Counted from the stretch's first letter, positions 10,747 to 21,476 are shown. The stretch: 64,000 nt of DNA from Nitrospirota bacterium (GCA_035623825.1 DASPSR010000060.1:13954-77953), one strand, 5' to 3'. Program-made: numbers and translations. Notes: generated from the sequence alone by a model not told the origin.

Positions 10747-11211
10747 ATGGAAGACATCAAACACATTCTCGTTGTTAGCCGAATGGTAAAATACGACGCC
10801 AAGGCTATTCACTCCGGCGTATCCCTGGCGAAAAAGTACGGGGCGAAATTGACTGTCATGCACGTAATACATAATCCCTTCGGTATTGAAGGCTGGAACC
10901 TTCCCATGCCCAATCTAGCGAAAGACTACCAGCAGCTCCTCGAAAAGACCAAAAAGGAGCTCGACAAAATTATCGAGCAGGAGAGAACAGGAGGGGTGGA
11001 AATCCAGGCCATGCTCAGAGAAGGAGAGCCTACAAAGGAAATATTGAAAACCGTCAAGGAAAGTCAGATCGATCTTCTTGTCATGCTTGCGCACGAGGAG
11101 GGGCATATGGAGCACTTCTTATTCGGCAGGAGCAATCATGAACTGCTCTTGAAGATGCCCTGCTCCATTTTGCTCATCAAGAAGGAACCACAGCCCATCT
11201 ACGGATCGTGA
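10747..11211 (+). CDS. Universal stress protein
   Basis: IKHILV, LTVMHV, EGEP, IDLLVM, FGRSN..MPCSILL. Confidence 0.88.
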   Translation: MEDIKHILVVSRMVKYDAKAIHSGVSLAKKYGAKLTVMHVIHNPFGIEGWNLPMPNLAKDYQQLLEKTKKELDKIIEQERTGGVEIQAMLREGEPTKEILKTVKESQIDLLVMLAHEEGHMEHFLFGRSNHELLLKMPCSILLIKKEPQPIYGS

Positions 11212-11339
11212 TCGAACGATAAGCGGACGTGCTATTTTCCAAACATCGGAGTTGACAGGTAAGGACCGAACGTTTCTGCGTTCTTTCCGCCGAGCACGTT
11301 CCTTGAACATCCCCCTTCTACGGGCATTCCGGGGTCCAC

Positions 11340-12572
11340 TTACCACGGAGGGCGCTTCATCAATCGTTCCCCCTTCGGTACGATCGAAATGCCCGATGGA
11401 TCCCGGTGGCAGGCGCACTGCAAACGATCGGCATCTGGGCCGAATCCGATCCGCTCCCCTTCGGCCAAGACGTTGAATTTGTCTACGATCACCCGTTTGA
11501 GACGGCAACCCTTCCTGATTACCGTGTGGTCCATGATGATGCACTCCTCGACGACAACGTCATGTTCTATCATGACATCCCGTCGTATCACCGAATTCAC
11601 GATTCTCGCATCCCGGATAACGACGCCCTCTGCAATGAAACTGTTCTGGATGTCGCCCTTCAAGATCTTCGCCGCAGGCCCCTGATACTCCGCAGGATGG
11701 ATCGGCCACCGCTTGTTTTGCAGTTCAAAAAGGGGATGCTCTCCGAGCATGTCCATGTGAGCGTCGAAAAAAGCCGGGATCGTTCCGACGTCCCGCCAGT
11801 ATCCCTTCTCCTCGTACGGGAGGGAACCCGGGATTACACTGGTTGAGAAGTCATAGGCAAAAACGGTTCGCGTACCGATGAGACCTGGAATGATGTGCTT
11901 CCCGAAATCATTCTGATTGGTCCCCTGAGCCTTTTCCAGCGCATCGATAAGCACATCCTTGTTAAAGATGTAATTCCCAAGCGACGCGTACGCACGTGAT
12001 GGATCGTTCGGCAGAGGAGTCGGATTTTCCGGTTTTTCCTCGAAACCCGTGATTCTTCCGTCCTCGTCTGTATCGATCACGCCGAAGGACGATGCCTGAG
12101 CGATGGGAACGGGGCGTGCCGCAACAGTTACCGACGCGTTCCGCTCCAGGTGAAAATCGATCATCTGGCGGATGTCCATCCGGTAAATGTGATCGGCCCC
12201 GAAAACTGCCACGAGTTCCGGCTGCTGATCGTAGATCAAATTGATGTTCTGGTACACAGCATCGGCCGTGCCCTGGAACCATTCCGGGCCCATCCGCATC
12301 TGCGGCGGGACCACAGCGACAAAATGTTCCCTGACAATGGGAGAGAGAACCCAGTTTTGTCGAACATGCTCTATCAGCGATTGAGACTTATACTGCACGA
12401 GCAGATAAATTGAATAGATGTGCGAGTTCACGAAGTTGCTCAGCACAAAATCCACGAGCCGGTACCGCCCGCCGAACGGCACTGCCGGCTTGGATCGGTA
12501 ATCGGTCAGGGGTGCAAGTCTCTCGCCTTTCCCTCCGGCTAGTATGAACGCAAGGATTTTAGGATGCGCCAT
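11340..12572 (-). CDS. glgC: Glucose-1-phosphate adenylyltransferase
   Basis: LAGGKGERL, KPAVPFGGRYR, GTADAV, ADHIY, FEEKP, YWRDVGT; start placed at MAHPK after GGAGG. Confidence 0.95.
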   Translation of the reverse strand: MAHPKILAFILAGGKGERLAPLTDYRSKPAVPFGGRYRLVDFVLSNFVNSHIYSIYLLVQYKSQSLIEHVRQNWVLSPIVREHFVAVVPPQMRMGPEWFQGTADAVYQNINLIYDQQPELVAVFGADHIYRMDIRQMIDFHLERNASVTVAARPVPIAQASSFGVIDTDEDGRITGFEEKPENPTPLPNDPSRAYASLGNYIFNKDVLIDALEKAQGTNQNDFGKHIIPGLIGTRTVFAYDFSTSVIPGSLPYEEKGYWRDVGTIPAFFDAHMDMLGEHPLFELQNKRWPIHPAEYQGPAAKILKGDIQNSFIAEGVVIRDARIVNSVIRRDVMIEHDVVVEECIIMDHTVIRKGCRLKRVIVDKFNVLAEGERIGFGPDADRLQCACHRDPSGISIVPKGERLMKRPPW

Positions 12573-12592
12573 AGTTTCCTCCATCGACAAAA

Positions 12593-13000
12593 TCATTTGA
12601 TGACATCAGCGATATTGTCCTTCTTCCGGTACACGGTACCCTCGAACAGAGCGATAGCGTTGCCGTCTTCATCGGTCACGTTGACCAGATAGGTAGCGAG
12701 CTTGGGGTTTAAAGATACTTCGTCTGCCCCGGCGGTCAAGGAGCCCTTTCTTACGGCCTTAAAATAGGAAATGCTCACGTTGATCGCCATGGCAAGCGTG
12801 CCGTGGGAATTGGAGGCGGCTGAGAAGACTGCATCAGCGAGTGCGAAGATTGCTCCCCCGTGGACGGTTCCTGCGCTGTTCAGGTGATGGTCCTTTATTT
12901 CCATTCTGGCCTTCGCCCTGCCCTGGGAACATTCTATCATCTCGATGCCGAGATGCCTGGCAAAGCGGTCGTTAGCAACGAACTTTCTTATATCATCCAT
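12593..13000 (-). CDS. paaI: PaaI family hotdog-fold thioesterase
   Basis: HLNSAGTVHGGAIFALAD motif. Confidence 0.85.
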   Translation of the reverse strand: MDDIRKFVANDRFARHLGIEMIECSQGRAKARMEIKDHHLNSAGTVHGGAIFALADAVFSAASNSHGTLAMAINVSISYFKAVRKGSLTAGADEVSLNPKLATYLVNVTDEDGNAIALFEGTVYRKKDNIADVIK

Positions 13001-13277
13001 TACATGGTCCTTTCCGTCCCCGATCTGTTCAAGTGTCGCAAGAGGGAAGAGCTCTGTTCGTTTCAGATCTGATATAGTTCTTGATTTCTTTCTATGTTGT
13101 CAAATGTAATTTGATACATAAAAGTCACGCCATTATATCAAAATTGCCCTTCATGACTCAACAGATAACATGGATTTATGTTTACAAAATAGTGCATTCA
13201 GGTTTATACTAAAACGATATTCTCGAAACAAAATCCCTCTTTTCGCGATGAGATATCAGCACACAGAGGAGTCGTGT

Positions 13278-14621
13278 ATGCCCTGGAATACCGAAGAATC
13301 CCTTTCACGACAGGAACTTGCGAAACTGCAGAGCGACCGCTTGAAGAAGGCCTGTGATCGAGTCTATGTCCGTGTCCCTTTCTACAGGAGGAAGTTCGAC
13401 GAGAAGGGCGTCAAGCCTTCCGACATCAAAGGCATCCAGGACATCGTGAACCTTCCATTTACGAAGAAGACCGATCTCAGGGACAACTATCCGTATGGGC
13501 TTTTTGCCGAACCCCTCGAAAGCATCGTCCGCATCCACGCCTCGTCAGGCACCACTGGCAAACCGACCGTTGTGGCCTACAACCGGAACGATATTGCGCT
13601 CTGGGCCGATGTGATGGCACGCACCTTCACCTGCGCCGGCGTGACCAATAAAGACGTGGTCCAGAATGCCTATGGGTACGGTCTGTTCACGGGCGGCCTC
13701 GGCGCACACTATGGAGCGGAGCGTGTTGGCGCTTCGGTCATTCCCATCTCGGGCGGCAATACCCAGAAGCAGATCATGCTCATGCAGGACTTCGGCAGCA
13801 CCGTGATCTGTTCCACGCCGTCCTTCGCGCTCTACATCTATGACGTTGCCTGCGAAATGAAGATCAACCTCGATACTATCAAGCTGCGAGTCGGGCTTTT
13901 CGGCGCTGAACCCTGGACAGAAGAAATGCGCAGCGAGGTGGAAGAGCGGCTTCGCATCAAGGCTATTGACATCTACGGCCTCTCTGAGATCATCGGACCC
14001 GGTGTTTCTTCGGAGTGCATCGAGGCGCAGAGCGGACTCCACATCAACGAAGACCATTTCTACCCCGAGATCATCAACCCCGAGACGGGAGAGCAACTGC
14101 CGTACGGACGGGAGGGTGAGCTCGTGATCACGAGCATATCACGCGAAGCCATGCCGCTCATCCGTTACCGAACGGGCGATATCACCAGCCTGAACCCCGA
14201 GCCCTGCAAGTGCGGCAGAACGCTCGTCCGCATGAAGCGGATCCTCGGCCGCGCCGATGATATGCTTATCATCCGCGGCGTGAACGTGTTCCCGTCGCAG
14301 GTCGAGTCGGTCCTTCTCCGCTCCGAAGAGGTTGCACCCCACTATGTCATTGAGGTCACGCGCAAAGGGAGGCTCGACGAGATGAATGTGAACGTCGAGG
14401 TGACGGCGAAGTTCATGGAGGAAATGGCGCAGAAGGTGCTGTCCACAGACCTCCAGGCCTTCGCGCAGGAAGAGGAAGTTCTCATTCACCTCAAACGCGA
14501 GATCCAAAAAAACATCAAGGACATCATCGGCGTGAACACCGAGGTGACGCTCCGGCCGCCCAACACGATTCAGCGCAGCGAGGGCAAGGCTAAACGCGTG
14601 ATCGACAACCGGCCGAGGTAG
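13278..14621 (+). CDS. paaK: Phenylacetate-CoA ligase family protein (copy 1)
   Basis: [53 protein letters not shown]; start after GAGGAG. Confidence 0.92.
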   Translation: MPWNTEESLSRQELAKLQSDRLKKACDRVYVRVPFYRRKFDEKGVKPSDIKGIQDIVNLPFTKKTDLRDNYPYGLFAEPLESIVRIHASSGTTGKPTVVAYNRNDIALWADVMARTFTCAGVTNKDVVQNAYGYGLFTGGLGAHYGAERVGASVIPISGGNTQKQIMLMQDFGSTVICSTPSFALYIYDVACEMKINLDTIKLRVGLFGAEPWTEEMRSEVEERLRIKAIDIYGLSEIIGPGVSSECIEAQSGLHINEDHFYPEIINPETGEQLPYGREGELVITSISREAMPLIRYRTGDITSLNPEPCKCGRTLVRMKRILGRADDMLIIRGVNVFPSQVESVLLRSEEVAPHYVIEVTRKGRLDEMNVNVEVTAKFMEEMAQKVLSTDLQAFAQEEEVLIHLKREIQKNIKDIIGVNTEVTLRPPNTIQRSEGKAKRVIDNRPR

Positions 14622-14733
14622 GAATACCGCGAACAGCCCAAGGCCGCGAACCGGGCAAGAATTGCTTCTCGGGGCAGCGCCTTGTGCTCTTAGCGTCCTC
14701 CCGGTTCACTATTGGTATGTGAGGAGTATCTTC

Positions 14734-16479
14734 TTGAAGAAAGCAATCCTTTCAGGTAACGAAGCCATCGCCCGTGGGTTTATCGAAGCGGGGGGCAAGA
14801 TCGCCGCGGCCTACCCCGGCACGCCGAGCACCGAGGTGCTCGAGACACTTTCCCAGGTCGAAGGCATCCACGCTGAATGGTCTGTGAACGAAAAAGTTGC
14901 CTTCGAGGTGGCCATCGGCGGCGCCCTTTCCGGTGTGCGTTCACTCGCGTGCATGAAGCATGTGGGCGTAAACGTTGCAGCCGACCCGCTCATGACCGCG
15001 GCGTACACCGGCATAAACGCCGGACTCGTGCTAATGGCTGCCGACGATCCGGGCATGTTCAGCTCCCAAAATGAGCAGGACACGCGCCACTTCGCCCGTC
15101 TCGGCAAGATCCCCTGCCTCGAACCGGCGGATTCAGCAGAATCAAAACAGTTCATAAAAGCCGCTTTCGAGCTGAGCGAGTCCTTCGACACGCCGGTGAT
15201 CCTTCGCACGACGACACGGATCTCCCATTGCAAAAGCGTCGTGACGCTCGACCCTGCCGAGAGTCCGGCGGGGCGCGGACTGGTCCGTGATTTCGCCAAG
15301 TATGTGATGCTCCCGAGCAACGCCAAAAAACGGCATGTGTTCGTTGAGGACCGCCTTGTGCGACTCAAAGCGTGGGCGGAGACTTCAACGCTCAACCAGG
15401 TGATCGATGGCGACAAGGAAATCGGCTTTATCGCCTCAGGCATCTCGTACCAGTATGTTCGCGAGGCTTTCCCTGATGCATCAGTGCTCAAGCTCGGGGT
15501 AAGTTTCCCCCTGCCTGAGAAGCTCATCTGGAAGTTCTCTGCATCCGTGAAAAGGCTCGCTGTGGTAGAAGAGCTCGATCCCTTCCTCGAAGAGCAGATC
15601 AAGGCCATGGGCATTGCCGTCCATCTCGGCAAGAACCAGCTCCCCTCTTGCGGCGAATTCAACCAGAGGCTGGTGCGCGAGAAGATATCCGGCATCCAGC
15701 TTCCGACGAAGGAACCTGTGGCAGGGCTGCTCGTGCGACCGCCGACGTTCTGCCCGGGCTGCTCGCACCGCGGCCTGTTCACCGTGCTCGCAAAGCTCAA
15801 GCTCTATGTTTCCGGCGATATCGGCTGCTATACGCTCGGCGCGCTCCCACCTTTTTCGGCAATGCACACGTGCATCTGCATGGGCGCAAGCGTCTCCGCT
15901 GCTCACGGCATGGCCAAGGGGCTTGCGCTACAGGGGGCCACGCAGAAACCCGTAGCCGTCATAGGCGACTCCACATTCCTTCATTCGGGCATTACCGGCC
16001 TCATGAACATGGTCTACAACGGCGGGGACGCCATTGTCATCATAATGAACAATGACACTACAGGCATGACCGGCGGCCAGGAACACGCCGGCACAGGCCG
16101 ATCGGCAAAAGGCACGGCCGCTCCGCGGCTCGACATCGCCAAACTCTGCCAAGTCATTGGCGCGAAGCGCGTGCGGGAGATCGACTCTTACAGGATCAAG
16201 GACCTTGAGAAAATCATGAAGGAAGAACTTGCGGCAGAGGGCCCATCCGTGCTCATATCGAACCAGCCCTGTGTGCTGCGCTACCGGGTCTCTAAGAAGG
16301 CCTTTGCAGTGGAGCGGAAGACCTGTACCGGATGCAAGGCATGCCTCAAGGCGGGATGCATAGGCCTTTCCTTTACGCCCGAGGGAAAAACAGGATATGT
16401 CGAAATCGATCCCCTCTTGTGTAACGGGTGTGGCGTCTGCGCGCAGCTGTGCACCACAGGCTCGATGAAGATGATGTAG
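14734..16479 (+). CDS. iorA: Indolepyruvate:ferredoxin oxidoreductase alpha subunit
   Basis: GNEAIARG, YPGTPSTE, MKHVG, CPGCSHR, GDIGCY, GDSTF, two C-terminal ferredoxin Cys motifs; TTG start inferred. Confidence 0.94.
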   Translation: MKKAILSGNEAIARGFIEAGGKIAAAYPGTPSTEVLETLSQVEGIHAEWSVNEKVAFEVAIGGALSGVRSLACMKHVGVNVAADPLMTAAYTGINAGLVLMAADDPGMFSSQNEQDTRHFARLGKIPCLEPADSAESKQFIKAAFELSESFDTPVILRTTTRISHCKSVVTLDPAESPAGRGLVRDFAKYVMLPSNAKKRHVFVEDRLVRLKAWAETSTLNQVIDGDKEIGFIASGISYQYVREAFPDASVLKLGVSFPLPEKLIWKFSASVKRLAVVEELDPFLEEQIKAMGIAVHLGKNQLPSCGEFNQRLVREKISGIQLPTKEPVAGLLVRPPTFCPGCSHRGLFTVLAKLKLYVSGDIGCYTLGALPPFSAMHTCICMGASVSAAHGMAKGLALQGATQKPVAVIGDSTFLHSGITGLMNMVYNGGDAIVIIMNNDTTGMTGGQEHAGTGRSAKGTAAPRLDIAKLCQVIGAKRVREIDSYRIKDLEKIMKEELAAEGPSVLISNQPCVLRYRVSKKAFAVERKTCTGCKACLKAGCIGLSFTPEGKTGYVEIDPLLCNGCGVCAQLCTTGSMKMM

Positions 16480-16638
16480 GATGTTCCTTACCGGAGAGCA
16501 CGCAGAGGGGAATAACTACTTGGCGCTCATAACCATCGGGAAAAGGGAGTACAATAAGTGCTCAAGCTTTGAAATCTTCAAACGCCAGTGAAAAACTGCG
16601 GCCCATGATTTTTGGGCCATTTTATCAGGGATCTTAGC

Positions 16639-17217
16639 GTGAAAGTCTTCAATATTCTGATCAGCGGCGTGGGCGGGCAGGGCGTGCTCCTGACAAGCAA
16701 GATCATTGCCGAGGCCGCGCTCCTGCAGGGCCTGGATGTGAAACAGAGCGAGGTGCACGGCATGGCGCAGCGGGGCGGGAGCGTCCTCTCGCAGGTGCGA
16801 TTCGGAGAGAAAGTATATTCGCCGATCGTAAGCGAGGGCGAGGCCGACCTCCTGATCGGGTTCGAGCCGCTCGAAACGGCGCGGTACCTACACTTTGTGA
16901 AGGACGATGGCGCTGTTATCTACAACACACGTCCTATCGGTACCATCGGCGTTTCCATCGCCGCGGAAAAATATCCGGCGGACATAGAAGACATCATCAA
17001 AAGCCGTGTCAAGACCGTTCTGCCTTTCGACGGCACGCAGCTTGCGGTTGCTGCCGGAGATAAGCGTACGCTCAACCTTGTCATGCTCGGTGCGGCGCTC
17101 AGGTTCCTCCCGCTCACAGAATCGATCATCATCGACGCAATCGTGAACACAATCCCCAAAAAAGCCCTCGACATCAATCAGAAGGCCTTAGAGGCGGGCA
17201 AAGCGCACCTCCCCTGA
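16639..17217 (+). CDS. iorB: Indolepyruvate:ferredoxin oxidoreductase beta subunit
   Basis: GVGGQG, SEVHGMAQRGGSV, NLVMLGA. Confidence 0.94.
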   Translation: MKVFNILISGVGGQGVLLTSKIIAEAALLQGLDVKQSEVHGMAQRGGSVLSQVRFGEKVYSPIVSEGEADLLIGFEPLETARYLHFVKDDGAVIYNTRPIGTIGVSIAAEKYPADIEDIIKSRVKTVLPFDGTQLAVAAGDKRTLNLVMLGAALRFLPLTESIIIDAIVNTIPKKALDINQKALEAGKAHLP

Positions 17218-17275
17218 ACAACCGGACGGGCCTTCCCTGCGGACAGAGTTCTCCCTTCCCCATGGATGAGATGAT

Positions 17276-18088
17276 CTATTCACTTTGTTTCATCCCAAGC
17301 AGCCTCGCGGCATTGGAATACAGCATTTTCTCCTTTAGCCGGTCGGATATCTTCAACCGCAGCGTCCGTTCAAGCATCTCTTCCTGATCTGTCCAGGGGC
17401 TGTCGGTCCCGAAGAGGATTCTGTCATCAGCAAAATGTGAGATGTGCTTAACGAACTGTTCATCACTCACTTCGCTCAATGTCATCGACGTCTCGGTATA
17501 AACATTCTCGCAATCGCTCAGGCAACTGATCCTGTCCCACTGCTTCCAACCGCCGACGTGCGTACAGACGATCGTGAGGTCCTTGAACCAGTTGGCGACT
17601 TTCTTTACGCGCTCAACGTCGGCCTGAGTGTTCCCCGGAAAGGCCATGTCGAACCCGCTGTGGAACATGACGTAGAACCCGAATGATGCAATGAGCTCGT
17701 AAAAACCATACATATACTTGTCATCGATGAAAAACTTCTGGTACATGGGGTGAAGCTTGACGCCCCGGATGCCCGATCGATGCGCTTGGCCGAACATGTC
17801 CTCCACGTCTTCGGTGTCGTTCGACGGGTGGAAGGAGATGAGTGGATGGATGGCCTCGCTCTTGATCTGCATGCAGAAGTCGAGAATAGACATCATCTGG
17901 GAAGGCTTCGTGGCTATGTTCGCGACTACGCTTGCGGAAATGTGCGCGGTCTTCATCGACTCGATCAGGCCCCGCAATGTTCCGTCGGTTCGGGGCCGGT
18001 AGTCGCCTGACTCTGCAGCAAGGGCGTCCATGGCGGCCTTGGCGACCCTGTCCGGGAAGATGTGAGTGTGGAAGTCAATGTATTTCAT
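17276..18088 (-). CDS. Amidohydrolase family (TIM-barrel) protein
   Basis: IDFHTH, GVKLHP, FHSG, THVGG, LFGTDSPW. Confidence 0.88.
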   Translation of the reverse strand: MKYIDFHTHIFPDRVAKAAMDALAAESGDYRPRTDGTLRGLIESMKTAHISASVVANIATKPSQMMSILDFCMQIKSEAIHPLISFHPSNDTEDVEDMFGQAHRSGIRGVKLHPMYQKFFIDDKYMYGFYELIASFGFYVMFHSGFDMAFPGNTQADVERVKKVANWFKDLTIVCTHVGGWKQWDRISCLSDCENVYTETSMTLSEVSDEQFVKHISHFADDRILFGTDSPWTDQEEMLERTLRLKISDRLKEKMLYSNAARLLGMKQSE

Positions 18089-18192
18089 GCCTGTTTCCCT
18101 TTGAAATCGTTAAGAGACACAGAGGTACGGTGAAATTTTTTGACGAAGAACTGCGCTGATTCTGCTTGTCTTTGTCGATCTGCTTCAGCGAG

Positions 18193-19491
18193 TCAGAACT
18201 TTCGGTTGTCAATGACCCGCACCGCTTTTCCTTCGAACCTCTCCAGCGTCTTCTTTCCAACGAGCTTCACGTCGACGGAGATGCCGAGTTCCGCGGCGAG
18301 ATGGTTTTTGATTGTCTCCCTCAGCCCAGCCTGTTTCCTGATCTCATCCAAGACGCTCGCTTCCGACACCTCGACGATCACCATGGTCTTATCAAGTGCG
18401 CCCTTGCGGTCGATGATGATCTGGTAGTGCGGGGCGACACCTTCGATCCCGAAGAGAACCGTCTCGATCTGCGACGGGAACACGTTTACACCACGGATGA
18501 TGAGCATGTCGTCTGTCCGGCCGAACACCCTTGTCATCCTCCTCATCGTCCTGCCACAGGGGCATGGCTCGGAAATAAGCCGGGTGAGGTCGCGGGTCCT
18601 GTACCGAACGACCGGGAAGGCCTCTTTTGTGAGCGTGGTGATCACCATCTCACCAAGCTCGCCAGGATCGGCCGGCGCGAGCGTGTCGGGATTGATCATC
18701 TCGACAAGAAAATGGTCTTCGTTTATATGCAGGCCGTTCCGTTCGAGGCACTCTCCGGCGACGCCCGGTCCCATGACCTCTGAGAGCCCGTAATTGTCCG
18801 TCGCTGTGATCTTAAGCTTTCTCTCGATCTCTCTTCGCATGGCTTCTGACCAGGGTTCGGCGCCGAAGAGACCGTACTTGAGGGAGAGCGAGTTCGGGTT
18901 GATTCCCAATTCCGTGACAGTGTCTGCAATCAGCATGGCATAGCTCGGCGTGCTTACGAGCGCTGTGGTCTTGAAATCCTGCATGATCTTGATCTGGCGC
19001 TTCGTGTTCCCGCTTGAAATCGGGATAACCGATGCGCCGAGCCGCTCCGCACCGTAGTGCAGGCCGAAGGCGCCGGTGAAGAGGCCGTAGTTGAAAGCTA
19101 TCTGGACCACGTCGTCTTTCGTAACACCTCCGGCGGCGAGGATCCGCGCGACAAGGTTCGACCAGATTTTGATGTCATTCCTCGAATAGCCCACAACCGT
19201 GGACATGCCCGTCGTCCCCGACGAGGCGTGAACACGGACGACTTCACGGAGCGGAACGGCGAAAAGACCGTAAGGGTAATTGTCCCGCAAATCGTTTTTG
19301 GTCGTGAAAGGGAGCTTGCGCAGATCATGGAGGGAGCGCAGGTCATCGGGGTTGAACTTGATTTCATCGAACTTCTTCCGATAAAAATGGACATTCCTGT
19401 ATACCCGGCTCAGGGTCGACCCGAGCCGTTCGAACTGCAGCCGCTGAAGCTCTTCTTTGCCCATGCGTTCGCTTTCGGGCTGCCAGAACAT
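18193..19491 (-). CDS. paaK: Phenylacetate-CoA ligase family protein (copy 2)
   Basis: [43 protein letters not shown]. Confidence 0.92.
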   Translation of the reverse strand: MFWQPESERMGKEELQRLQFERLGSTLSRVYRNVHFYRKKFDEIKFNPDDLRSLHDLRKLPFTTKNDLRDNYPYGLFAVPLREVVRVHASSGTTGMSTVVGYSRNDIKIWSNLVARILAAGGVTKDDVVQIAFNYGLFTGAFGLHYGAERLGASVIPISSGNTKRQIKIMQDFKTTALVSTPSYAMLIADTVTELGINPNSLSLKYGLFGAEPWSEAMRREIERKLKITATDNYGLSEVMGPGVAGECLERNGLHINEDHFLVEMINPDTLAPADPGELGEMVITTLTKEAFPVVRYRTRDLTRLISEPCPCGRTMRRMTRVFGRTDDMLIIRGVNVFPSQIETVLFGIEGVAPHYQIIIDRKGALDKTMVIVEVSEASVLDEIRKQAGLRETIKNHLAAELGISVDVKLVGKKTLERFEGKAVRVIDNRKF

Positions 19492-19674
19492 GAGTCCCTC
19501 CGTGCAGCAAAATCCAAAACTTTAATCACGCAGCGACGAACTGCCGCCGTCGAACAGCGGGAAGGCAGCGCGCTCGAGATCCCGTCAGCCGCTTCGCTGG
19601 GAGCCGGGTACGATGCTGAAGGTAATCGTATCGACGCTAGTAGCGGCTTGGAATGTGGTGACCCCTGGATAGTT

Positions 19675-19710
19675 TGGTAGCGGGGAGAGGTTTGACCTCT
19701 GGCCTTCGGG
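19675..19710 (-). repeat. Degenerate 3' half of initiator tRNA-Met (att-like remnant 1)
   Basis: Minus strand CCCGAAGGCCAGAGGTCAAACCTCTCCCCGCTACCA: T-stem AGAGG/CCTCT, acceptor strand CCCCGCT, ACCA end. Confidence 0.8.
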
Positions 19711-19864
19711 CTTTCAATACGACGGTCGCATAAATACAGGCAAACTTCGGAACAATGGCTTTTCCTGACCGATAGAAGTGTTGGACAATCCTGTTCCGAC
19801 ACCATGTCGCGTGCTGAATGTCTCTTCTCCTGCCCACCCTCGGCGATGTTTTTTCGAAGGCAAG

Positions 19865-20275
19865 TCAGACACTGTCAGTTGGTTCCTTCCCGGCCTTTTC
19901 ATCTCTAAGATCGGTTTTTACGCCGGGCGGCGAGTGATGAGCAACAAAGAAAACACCAAGGAATATAAAAATGGAAATGCAGGCTACTGTGAATGCGAGT
20001 GATTTCCCATGCCATAAGCCGGCAAACCAACGGCTGAACTCATCCGCAAGCACAGCCGCCTTTCCACCGAAGAGTTCCAGATCATGGACATATATTTTAG
20101 AAGTTTCAGGTGCAGTCGGATATACATATCCGCCCACTACCTCATAACCTACAGCACTCTCCGACTCATCCTCAGCTGTCAGGTAAATCAAGATGGCACT
20201 GCTCAAACCAACCAGCAAGATAATGGCGCTGATGAAGTAGAGGCGCCTTTGCAGATTTGTGTTTTCCCCTTTCAT
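19865..20275 (-). CDS. Hypothetical membrane protein (2 TM)
   Basis: Two hydrophobic segments flanking YVHDLELFGGKAAVLADEF..WHGKSLA. Confidence 0.75.
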   Translation of the reverse strand: MKGENTNLQRRLYFISAIILLVGLSSAILIYLTAEDESESAVGYEVVGGYVYPTAPETSKIYVHDLELFGGKAAVLADEFSRWFAGLWHGKSLAFTVACISIFIFLGVFFVAHHSPPGVKTDLRDEKAGKEPTDSV

Positions 20276-20370
20276 GGCGTGCCTGTGTTATCCTCCACCA
20301 TTCTCAGATGTGACCCGCGCGTCCAGATCACCTATTCTTATTCCATCCCGTGGAAGGAATGTATATTTTT

Positions 20371-20463
20371 ATTATGATATAAAATAATCAAGATTACAAC
20401 TGGAATTTAACCTCAAAGACGGCGGTGTATCAAGCGCACATAGCCTTCAAATGACCTTCAGGT
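20371..20463. repeat. ~90-bp repeat copy A, ending in the TGACCTTC core
   Basis: Aligns by eye with 62302-62401 (ATCAAGATTA.AAC, AGCGCACATA..CTTCAA, TGACCTTC.GGT). Confidence 0.7.
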
Positions 20464-20585
20464 ACGCTTGCAACTATCTTGAAGCTCTAGCCCAATCGCC
20501 ATCCGACCGAATTTCGTAATAATTTCCCGCTCGAGACCCCTTTTTGATATAATGCCACCCATCTAAAGGCAACGGAGGTAGGCTC

Positions 20586-20771
20586 ATGGCTGTTACCGCA
20601 AAAATTGAAGGGAACAAGCTTATTATTACAGCTGATCTCGAGACTCCGACACCAAGCGCATCAGGGAAAACAATGGTCGTGGCAAGCACACGGGGGAACA
20701 AAGAGACGGATGTAATGATAAACGGGAAACCTCTTATTATCGGTTTGAATGCTTACATTAGGAAAAATTAG
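20586..20771 (+). CDS. Small conserved hypothetical protein
   Basis: 61 aa with PSASGKTMVVASTRGN motif; SD GGAGG. Confidence 0.75.
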   Translation: MAVTAKIEGNKLIITADLETPTPSASGKTMVVASTRGNKETDVMINGKPLIIGLNAYIRKN

Positions 20772-20857
20772 CTGATTTTCAAAACATCATAAAATTATCG
20801 AAGGGCGGATTACTCTCAATAGACTATAGTTGCCGGGACGGCACATCATTTTAGGGG

Positions 20858-21415
20858 ATGTTACATGTGGGACTTCTTGTGAAGATATATTTCATAGTTT
20901 CATTACTCATCCTTTCCTCCTCATCTGCTAACGTCGTAGATGCCAAGGACCTTACACTTAACAATGCACCTACTCAGGTCTATTTCTCTCCCAAAGGTGG
21001 ATGCACGGAAGCTATCGTAGACGCTCTGAACCATGCAAAATCCGAAATCCTCGTTCAGGCCTATTCATTCACATCCAAAGATATCGCAAAAGCCCTTCTC
21101 GAAGCCCACAAGAGAGGCGTTCATATTGAAATCATCCTCGATAGATCCAATCGGTCAAAGAATTATTCAGCGGGGGACTTTGCCGCTCATATGGGGATAT
21201 CGACTTATATTGACTCAGCCCACGCCATCGCTCACAATAAAATCATCGTCATTGATAAGAAAACGGTCATTACGGGAAGTTTCAATTTCACGAAGGCTGC
21301 TGAAAACAATAACGCCGAGAACTTGCTGATCATCTCCTCGACTGATCTGGCAAAGTATTATATCCAGAATTGGGAAACGCACAAAGAGCATAGCGTGGCG
21401 TATATGGGGCGGTAG
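20858..21415 (+). CDS. Phospholipase D-family (Nuc-like) secreted endonuclease
   Basis: VYFSPKGG, QAYSFT, single HNKxxxxD, TGSFNFT, NNAEN. Confidence 0.9.
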   Translation: MLHVGLLVKIYFIVSLLILSSSSANVVDAKDLTLNNAPTQVYFSPKGGCTEAIVDALNHAKSEILVQAYSFTSKDIAKALLEAHKRGVHIEIILDRSNRSKNYSAGDFAAHMGISTYIDSAHAIAHNKIIVIDKKTVITGSFNFTKAAENNNAENLLIISSTDLAKYYIQNWETHKEHSVAYMGR

Positions 21416-21476
21416 TCGAGGATCCTTATAAGCTCGCTTCCGGGTACAGACGCCATCCTATGTATACAGGCAAGAT

